Source: a virus (Duplodnaviria; Heunggongvirae; Uroviricota; Caudoviricetes). From it: 64,000 nucleotides of DNA. Positions 57,501-64,000 of this stretch are shown in pieces. Numbering within the stretch: position 1 is the first letter of the stretch; each line of letters begins with the position of its first letter. The notes under the pieces are model-generated. The model was not told the DNA's origin, ran no database searches, and worked only from the letters and a program-made list of their open reading frames with translations. Location of the stretch: the IMG/VR virus record IMGVR_UViG_3300025896_000021; one strand, written 5' to 3'. Both the position numbers and the translations under genes were made by a program.

Positions 57501-57583
57501 TTAGCGTTTGTTGCAGTAACGTTGGCAAAGGCATAACTACCAGTAGTGTCTATGTTGAACGGTTGTAACTTTGTAAGTGCCAT
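54509..57583 (-). CDS. Asn/Gly-rich repetitive tail fibre-like protein
   Basis: Repeats of ISNGTSNV, FIGNG..LTG, AQPNITSVGTLTGL, L.TDGSGNLSW; ATAAATA at 57601-57607. Confidence 0.75.
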   Translation of the reverse strand: MALTKLQPFNIDTTGSYAFANVTATNANLGNAVTANFFIGNGSLLTGLTSSSSNYANYTGTVAFSAQPNITSVGTLTGLTSNGVVDLANTSNVSLGAVGNLHISGGTSGYYLTTDGSGNLSWATQLGYAASYISNGTSNVSAPAVNGNFNISIGGVANVVVVASNGMSVKGNIDLGANYIKGNGYYLTNIDAGTANTANALAVGNSSITISPNSNISLTVAGTANTAVFTSTGANIKGYANVTGNVSAPYFIGNGAFLTGVDVTPSNMSNGNSNVSIAISGGNVITSVNGTANVLIVAKTGANISGYANVTGNVSASYFIGNGSLLTGVATNPANISNGTSNINIPSLNGNVTIGVTGNADVITITGIGINVAGYANVAGNVNASYVKGNGYYLTGLQITTATVSNGSSNVSVDAVNGNITMGVSGNANVVTVSGTSIIVAGNANISGQYVSTVVTGTAPLAVTSTTQVANLNAATAGTVITAAQPNITSHGTLTGLTSNGVVNFANTSNVTLGDAGNLHIAGGTTGYVLQTDGSGTLSWAAPGGGTTGAAISNGTANVRAFLNGNVTVSSAGNANVMTVTGSAVTVVGNVTANYFVGNGAFLTGVDAASTTVNGNSNVAIPTAGGSVITSVNGTANVMIVTKTGANIAGYANITGNVTAPFFIGNGAALTGIALMSSGTSNLIVTTNGNISTSVNGNANIIVVTGTGANVAGHVTATSNVSGSNVSATGQLISTLASGTAPLLVLSTTQVANLNAAVAGVVTTNAQPNITSVGTLTGITSNGVVNLANTSNVTLGAASNLHIAGGANGQVLTTYGNNTVYWATSAAGTGGGGSNILNGTSNVSIDLSGGNVTTSVNGNANIFVVSSTGVNVTGYANITGPANVAGNLSLTGSRNDLGSLSNLTIPGGSSGYVLSTNGSGNLSWVGQSGGGGGATGAIQEFVATEDQTTFTVLGGYNVGSVLVFVNGIQMNNNDYAASNGATVVLVDARNVGDIVRIISSMVSPAININSIQSFAIAMSIAMGM

Positions 57584-57614
57584 GTATTGATTCTCTTGTA
57601 TATTTATGCTATGG

Positions 57615-60600
57615 TTATCGTGTCACAGACGCCGATGTTGGTGGAGTAAAGGTAGCTGTATAACGTGCAACACCTTGTGTAATTCTTAAATCATCTATAT
57701 AACCGTTAAACATGCATTGAGCTAAATTGCCAGTTCTAGTACCAATAGACCAGGTACTTGTGTTATTTCCCATGGCAGAGGCCATAGCAACAGTCCATTG
57801 TTGTACCCCGTTAACAAAATATTTTAGTGTACCTGAGCTTTTAACCAATGCAACATGACTCCAGGTCCCGGTAGCCGGGTTGGTTCCGCCGTTAATATAT
57901 GCACCAGGTGATGTATAATAATATACCATATTCTGCCCAGACGGATGAGCTATATATATTGAAAATTCACCTGCCGCTGCGCCGTCTCCGGAGCCGCATG
58001 CTAGAAGAACGGGGTATGTGTAGGACCCTGTACCAACCGCTACTGGATATATCCACATTTCAATAGTGAAATCACCTGTACCAAATTGCAATTGCGTACT
58101 GGTAAGGACTGATAAGTAATCCCCAGTACCATCAAAATACATACTACCAGTACCGTACTTTTTAACCGCAGTGGATATTTTAGCATCTCCTATTGTTGAC
58201 AGATTATTTTTACCTGATGCATCAGTGATAGCTGCACTTGTTGAATTTACTAAAAGTACAGTTGACGTAGTTCTTGGTACCAGTGCTGTTGGAACGTAGA
58301 AATTACCAGTGTATTTTACGACACCCTTAGTTATTACTACATTACTAATATATCCATTAAAGTATGATACGTTTGATAATCTACCTATTGTTACCGCAGC
58401 AGCATCACCCATAGTAACTGAACTTGTTTGTGTTGTACTTTCCTGTACACCATTTAAGAACAATTTCCAACTACCGGCAGACCCAGATAAAGCCACGTGA
58501 TACCAAGTATAAGGAACTAGTGTAGTAGTTCCCGTAATCAACGTAGTATCGCCAGTTAGGGCCACTCGCATAAGACTACTATATACTCTAATACTCCAGC
58601 CAGCACTACCACTTGCATACTGTGATATTATTGTTTGATCTGTACTTATAGCAGTATTAACGTAAAACCAAGCTTCGGCAGTCATTGCAGAAACTGTAGA
58701 TCCTGTTCCAAATGCAAGACTCGTATTTACAGGAGCAGTCAGATAGTCAGTGCTACCGTTGAAATAAGTACTACCACCGTTTAGTACAGGATCATATGAT
58801 GCAGTTGGGCTAAACGGACTGAATGCTTGTATCTTTGGGGTGCCACTAGCCGTTAATCTATTAGTATAAACTGAGTTATCAATAAACCTATTATCTTGAC
58901 AGGTTAGTAACACTGTATTTGTTATTGCTGTTAAAGGAGTTGTAGCAGGCGTAAAGTTTGCAGTATACACTGCTGTTCCTTTTACTACACGAACATTAGA
59001 AATATAACCATTCATTTGTCTATATGGATTAGAAACTATCGCAGAATAATTTAATGCTCCTATATAATTTAATGTTCCTGCATACAATGTGCCGGCTTGT
59101 GTATAAGTTGTACCAACTTGTGTTCCATTTAAAAATACCCTGAAACTATTACCCGATCTTGTTACCGCTGCATGATACCAAGTATTTGATGCAACAGTAC
59201 CGATAGCTCCGGTATTGACTGTCCAGGTTGACCCATCTACTGATATGTAAAAACTAAGACCACTAGTATCAAGCCCCAATCTAATTCCAGCATACGCACT
59301 GGTGTTGCCATTCAGCCATATTAGTGTCTGGGCAGATGCTTGTGCAATATTACTAGTAAAAAACCAACACTCAGCGGTAAAGTCTCCGGTGCTAACATTA
59401 ATATTAGCAGTTGAGGGCATAGACAAATAATCCGTACTACCATTAAAATACGTACTCCATCCAGTTTGACTGAATGGTGAGAATGTACCTTGACTAGGTG
59501 TACCTGATGGAGTTAGTAAATTATTGTAGCCACTTGCATCTTGATATGTATTGTTGTTATGAGACTGTTTAGTTTGTAATGTTAATAAGGCTGTATTTGT
59601 TACTGCTGTTAACGGAGAGGGCGGTGGCGTGAAGGCTGCAGTGTAAAGTGCGGTGCCTTTTACTACACGAACATTAGAGATATATCCTAAGGTGTATCCT
59701 CCGCGCGGGCTCGGCTGACATCCTATAACAAAAGGATCGTTGATGCCAAATTTTCCAGTATAGGTAATTGACCCAGATGCTACACCGTTTACATAAAATG
59801 TCAGTGCGGTGTTGCTTCGTGCAATAGCTAAATGATACCATTGGCCTGCTTTAAATGCTGCATTAGTACCATCAAATTTAGTAGACCCATTATAATATAT
59901 TGCTGTTGTATTAGTCGATGCCCCAAAATCAATCTCCAATGACCAATATCCTGCTCCCGCGGTAGCACCACTGTATTGACTCAATGGAGAATAATATCCT
60001 GAGGTTGGTATTGTTGGAAGTTGAATCCAGCATTCAATAGTGAAGTCACCTGTTCCAAAGTCAAAATTAGTTGATAGCGGAGTAGTAATATAATCAGTTG
60101 TACCGTTGAAGTATCCGCTACCATAAGTATTAATAGGCAAAGTATAAGGAATAACTTGAGCAATCTTAGGAGTACCAGTAACTGTAATAGCTGATGCAGT
60201 AGTGCTGGTATCAATGAATCTATTACTTTGACAAGTTAATAAAACTGTTTGATTAGAAAGAACTGACGGAGTTGTAGCAGTACTAAACTTGATGGTTCCT
60301 GATGTAGTGAATACATATATTCTGTAGCCACCGGTAACAATGACAGTTGGTTTACCTGTCGTGATAGCGGGGGAATAACTATCGGGATAACGGATAGCTA
60401 CTATACCGCTACCACCATTAGCACCTAGGTAACTAATACCACCGGCATTATTGGCGCCGCCCCCGCCACCTCCACCTGAATTAGACATACCGGCGGTATT
60501 CTGTATAGCCAAGCCGCCGCCTTTGCCGCCACCACCTATACCTCCTCTACCGGGGAGGGTACTTGTATTGCCGGGGTCAGTGCCACCACCACCACCACCA

Positions 60601-63242
60601 GCATAGTACGTAGGTGTCCCTGTTATAGAAGAGGATAGGCCTATGCCGCCGCTACCTGCATTGCTTGCTGTGGCACCAGCAATGCCACCGATTGAGCCGG
60701 CACCACCACCGCCACCAGCTAGTCGTCCGCCTGCGCCTGCTCCACCCGCATTGCCTTGTCCGGTGATACCGGCGCCGCCGACACCGCCGGTGCCTTCGGC
60801 TGCGCTGCCACCACCACCTGAGCCGCCCGGTAGACCGGCGCCCGATTCCCAAGTGCCACCACCGCCGCCACCGAATGCAAGTATGCCAACCGGAGGGATT
60901 ACTGTTGAGGATACCGTCACTTGATTGGGTGTAATAGTATAGTTATTAGTTGAATTATCTATAATAGTGGCATTTTTAAATACTAAGTAACTTGTATTAG
61001 CTACCGCAGCTAATGGACTTATCGGCGGTGTAAAGTTTGCATTATACACTAACCTATTAGTTACTCTATAGTTACTTAAGTAACCATTAAAAGAGGCAGT
61101 ACCATTGGTAGCGCCGATATCAAAATTTGCACCGACACTATATGCTCCGGCAGCTCCGGTTGCTACTAATCCGCCATTGACATAGGCTTTGACTACACTG
61201 CCGCTACTACTATATGTAATTGCAAGATGAAACCAGGTACTAACCGGAAACTTACCCGTAATATTTGCGCCCGCGCCGTCATTTCCTTGCCAACCAAATA
61301 TATTTGCCTGAATGTTACGTATAATACCTGCTTCACCCGGACCACCATCATATAATCCTGTTATAGATGACGTATTAGAATATATCCAAGTTTCAATAGT
61401 AAGATCACCACCAGCAGTAGCTAATACTCCAGCGCCTGCTTTTCGTATATATGAGGCTCCAGTAAAAACTCCAGAATAGGTCACATCAGTAGTGGCAGAG
61501 ATTGCCGAGCTACCTCCGTATCCTCCGGGAATCTGACTTAGTGCGCCGACTCCACCGGCTCCTACAGCAACTGCAAAACCAGTATTAGATGCAACTGCAA
61601 ACCCCGTGCTAGTTAGCATACCACCGGCTCCTCCACCGCCACCCATTAAATATCCGCCGCCGCCGCCACCTGCTACTACTAGATAGTCAACTGTTGCAGG
61701 TGCGGTATATGTTACTGCTGATTCAGTAGTGGTTAATGGCGCGGTTGGTGGGTTGAATTGTTCTGTATATAGTGCTACACCTTTAATAAGTCGCACATTA
61801 GATATATATCCAGACCAATTATTACCCGTACCCCAATCAAGTCCGCCGATGAATATGTTATCTGCTGAAATATTTCCGGTACTTGTTCCTGTTGCAACTG
61901 ATACACCGTTTAAGTACAGGGTTGTTTGATTAGATCCGGTACCTGCTCTCACTAATGCAAAATGGTACCAAGCTCCAAGCACAGGAGTGAAAGCATAGTT
62001 TATAACTGTAGTACCTTCAATTTGAACTATAATATCATTACTGTTGTCTCTATACAATACAATGCCATAATGGCCGCTTCCGCCAAGATGGAATAAATGC
62101 TGCCAATGTGTATAGTCAACACTGTTGAACCATCCTTCTACTGTAAAGTTTCCGGTTCCGATTGCAAAAGCAGTTGCATTTGAAGCAACTTTTATAACAT
62201 CTGAAATACTATTGTTAAAATACCCAGAGTAGTAACCATCTTGAAACGGATTAGACTCATTCGCCTTAACACTACCGGCCGGTGTTAATGAAAATGCGTT
62301 GGTACTAGCGTCGGCAATGAACGGAGTAGTGTCACCATTCAATAACAATGATGTATTTTTAAAATAAATATCGTTTGATACATTAACTACCCAATTGATA
62401 GTTCTAGTTGATGTTCTAGTCGCGGTGCTAGTAGCAGTGAGCACAGTTGAAGTGTTAGCAGCTATTGTCGGTGTACCTGCAATGTTTGCTCCAGTAACGC
62501 TCAATCCAGTTGGCAATGTATCAGCAGTATACGTAATACTTCCTCCGGCTGCGCTGGTAGCACTCATTACTATATTAGCTATTGCACTATCTTTTCCCAC
62601 TGTGTATGTCGCACCGGCACTAGGGGTATCCCATGTAACTGCATCTGGATCAATAGTCAAACTAAATGCACGGTTCGTTGTTTGACTCTGTGCATCTTTA
62701 GCCGTAATCGTGAAACTATATGTAGTAGATGAAACCGTAGACGATGCTGTACCTGAAAGAAAACCAGTAGTACTATTCAATGTACTACCAGCCGGTAATG
62801 TTCCACTAGCAAGTGTATATGTAATTGGTGCATCTCCTGCAGCAGTTAACGTAGTACTGATGCTACCGGTTTCGTATACAGTGCCTAAGGTGCCTGCACT
62901 AGTAGACCAATTTGGTGTGCCACTATAACTAATACCCGGGATACTGATAGCAGTACCGCCGTCTGGATTGATAACATAGATAACGTAAGTACCAGCTGCT
63001 AATGCAGGGGCAATAAAACTAATCTGTGTACCGTTTATAAAGGTAACAACACTAGCTGCGGTACTAGCTACTAATACGCTACACCCACTTTGATATCCAG
63101 AGCCAGTTAAGTTAATCGTTTCTCCGCCTGCAATGTCTGTTGCAGTTTCTGTACCGGGATAAACGACTGTAGTAACCTTTGGTCCGGTTAGTGTTGCTAA
63201 TGCAGTGTCTGCAATGTTGTTAAGTGTAATCTTTGTTGTCAT
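57615..63242 (-). CDS. 1875-aa virion protein: IPT/TIG and Ig-like domains, six LamG/concanavalin-like domains, one Gly-rich domain
   Basis: Six (F/L/M)T.E.W...W.H.A..R...GYISN.R..KG.A.Y...F.PP modules; VDYLVVAGGGGGG...GSGIVAIRY. Confidence 0.85.
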   Translation of the reverse strand: MTTKITLNNIADTALATLTGPKVTTVVYPGTETATDIAGGETINLTGSGYQSGCSVLVASTAASVVTFINGTQISFIAPALAAGTYVIYVINPDGGTAISIPGISYSGTPNWSTSAGTLGTVYETGSISTTLTAAGDAPITYTLASGTLPAGSTLNSTTGFLSGTASSTVSSTTYSFTITAKDAQSQTTNRAFSLTIDPDAVTWDTPSAGATYTVGKDSAIANIVMSATSAAGGSITYTADTLPTGLSVTGANIAGTPTIAANTSTVLTATSTATRTSTRTINWVVNVSNDIYFKNTSLLLNGDTTPFIADASTNAFSLTPAGSVKANESNPFQDGYYSGYFNNSISDVIKVASNATAFAIGTGNFTVEGWFNSVDYTHWQHLFHLGGSGHYGIVLYRDNSNDIIVQIEGTTVINYAFTPVLGAWYHFALVRAGTGSNQTTLYLNGVSVATGTSTGNISADNIFIGGLDWGTGNNWSGYISNVRLIKGVALYTEQFNPPTAPLTTTESAVTYTAPATVDYLVVAGGGGGGYLMGGGGGAGGMLTSTGFAVASNTGFAVAVGAGGVGALSQIPGGYGGSSAISATTDVTYSGVFTGASYIRKAGAGVLATAGGDLTIETWIYSNTSSITGLYDGGPGEAGIIRNIQANIFGWQGNDGAGANITGKFPVSTWFHLAITYSSSGSVVKAYVNGGLVATGAAGAYSVGANFDIGATNGTASFNGYLSNYRVTNRLVYNANFTPPISPLAAVANTSYLVFKNATIIDNSTNNYTITPNQVTVSSTVIPPVGILAFGGGGGGTWESGAGLPGGSGGGGSAAEGTGGVGGAGITGQGNAGGAGAGGRLAGGGGGAGSIGGIAGATASNAGSGGIGLSSSITGTPTYYAGGGGGGTDPGNTSTLPGRGGIGGGGKGGGLAIQNTAGMSNSGGGGGGGANNAGGISYLGANGGSGIVAIRYPDSYSPAITTGKPTVIVTGGYRIYVFTTSGTIKFSTATTPSVLSNQTVLLTCQSNRFIDTSTTASAITVTGTPKIAQVIPYTLPINTYGSGYFNGTTDYITTPLSTNFDFGTGDFTIECWIQLPTIPTSGYYSPLSQYSGATAGAGYWSLEIDFGASTNTTAIYYNGSTKFDGTNAAFKAGQWYHLAIARSNTALTFYVNGVASGSITYTGKFGINDPFVIGCQPSPRGGYTLGYISNVRVVKGTALYTAAFTPPPSPLTAVTNTALLTLQTKQSHNNNTYQDASGYNNLLTPSGTPSQGTFSPFSQTGWSTYFNGSTDYLSMPSTANINVSTGDFTAECWFFTSNIAQASAQTLIWLNGNTSAYAGIRLGLDTSGLSFYISVDGSTWTVNTGAIGTVASNTWYHAAVTRSGNSFRVFLNGTQVGTTYTQAGTLYAGTLNYIGALNYSAIVSNPYRQMNGYISNVRVVKGTAVYTANFTPATTPLTAITNTVLLTCQDNRFIDNSVYTNRLTASGTPKIQAFSPFSPTASYDPVLNGGSTYFNGSTDYLTAPVNTSLAFGTGSTVSAMTAEAWFYVNTAISTDQTIISQYASGSAGWSIRVYSSLMRVALTGDTTLITGTTTLVPYTWYHVALSGSAGSWKLFLNGVQESTTQTSSVTMGDAAAVTIGRLSNVSYFNGYISNVVITKGVVKYTGNFYVPTALVPRTTSTVLLVNSTSAAITDASGKNNLSTIGDAKISTAVKKYGTGSMYFDGTGDYLSVLTSTQLQFGTGDFTIEMWIYPVAVGTGSYTYPVLLACGSGDGAAAGEFSIYIAHPSGQNMVYYYTSPGAYINGGTNPATGTWSHVALVKSSGTLKYFVNGVQQWTVAMASAMGNNTSTWSIGTRTGNLAQCMFNGYIDDLRITQGVARYTATFTPPTSASVTR

Positions 63243-63262
63243 TTTATTCTCTGTTCAGGGCT

Positions 63263-64000
63263 TTATGCGTATATGATACCAGCGGGCTTGATGCCTGTGC
63301 TACCGTTAGTGTTATATACAAATACGTGATATGAATTAGCAGTTTTTGCCGGGCTAGTAAATGTCAAACTAGTTGAACTTACATATGTAGTTGTACAAGG
63401 AGTGGTATCTACGTAAACTATCACGCCACCATAAAATCCGCTACCAGTTATTGTAATAGTTTGACCGCCGGCCGTAGTCGCTGACGAACCACTAGGATAA
63501 CTAATTGATGTGATGTTTACTCCAGCAGCGGTTACTATAGCAATAGCTAATTCACGTATCTGTATCACTATTCCAGTTTCTGGCGCACCATTAAATGTTA
63601 GTGTTGACCCTGAAATAGTATAATCTACGGTTGGAGTTTGTAATAACCCGTTTTCTGTTACTAGCACGCTAGACACAGTACAACCATCAGTAACTGAAAA
63701 AGTTGACTGTATTCCGTTACCAGTATAGTTTCTTGTTACAAACGACCCAGCGCCAGTCATGGCACCTAAAGTAGATGTAACTTCAATCTTTGAACCACTA
63801 ATAGGTGCTTCTGAAAATGTTAGAGTTGACCCAGTTAATGTATATGCTTCTCTTAACTGGAATGCACCATTGTAGTTAACTACAGTTTGATTGATACTAC
63901 CAGGTGTTACACTCAATGTAAAGCTAGTAGTAGTTCCATCACCGGTAAAGTTATCTACTGCGATAGTTGCTACTGGTTGAGCGATCCATGATAAGTTTCC
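63263..64000 (-). CDS. Virion structural protein with C-terminal IPT/TIG domain (5' end outside window)
   Basis: Frame stays open to the window edge; G.G....F...V..NG..Q.P..DYT modules; GGQTITITGSGF. Confidence 0.75.
   Translation of the reverse strand, partial: GNLSWIAQPVATIAVDNFTGDGTTTSFTLSVTPGSINQTVVNYNGAFQLREAYTLTGSTLTFSEAPISGSKIEVTSTLGAMTGAGSFVTRNYTGNGIQSTFSVTDGCTVSSVLVTENGLLQTPTVDYTISGSTLTFNGAPETGIVIQIRELAIAIVTAAGVNITSISYPSGSSATTAGGQTITITGSGFYGGVIVYVDTTPCTTTYVSSTSLTFTSPAKTANSYHVFVYNTNGSTGIKPAGIIYA

Noticed and set aside
34445-62928. Numerous plus-strand ORFs rich in Val/Pro/Leu
   Set aside because: Antisense shadows of the Thr/Gly/Asn-rich minus-strand fibre genes
34337-63242. CRISPR array or diversity-generating retroelement
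   Set aside because: Repeats are in-frame protein repeats without a spacer pattern; no cas or reverse transcriptase gene and no adenine-specific TR/VR pair seen

Overview
64-kb segment of a large (jumbo/T4-like) tailed dsDNA bacteriophage genome, AT-rich, standard genetic code. (1) 1-3640: a minus-strand array of 17 tRNA genes with encoded CCA ends (one cut by the window edge, one interrupted by a 46-nt insert). It is interspersed with non-canonical tRNA-like and anticodon-loop-like RNAs and one antisense 2OG-Fe(II) oxygenase-like gene. It is fed by four near-consensus sigma70 promoters and a 57-codon leader ORF coupled to an antiterminator/terminator pair. (2) 3627-25786: a dense ~22-kb tailoring-enzyme island with 8 radical SAM proteins plus glycosyltransferase-, SGNH-, methyltransferase-, PLP-enzyme-, QueC-, 2OG-oxygenase-, kinase- and sulfotransferase-like genes, organised around divergent T4-late-type TATAAATA promoters. 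(3) 25831-33960: SleB-type cell wall hydrolase, PAAR spike protein, glutaredoxin and class Ia ribonucleotide reductase (nrdA/nrdB). (4) 34009-64000: virion fibre/adhesin genes, including a 5452-aa repeat protein and a 1875-aa multi-LamG protein. The best candidate for an undescribed system is the leader-peptide attenuator at 3195-3433: its peptide contains all 20 amino acids, and its stop codon sits at the apex of a ~29-bp antiterminator. It could switch on tRNA-array read-through when translation stalls. All protein calls are from motif recognition by eye; no database searches were run.
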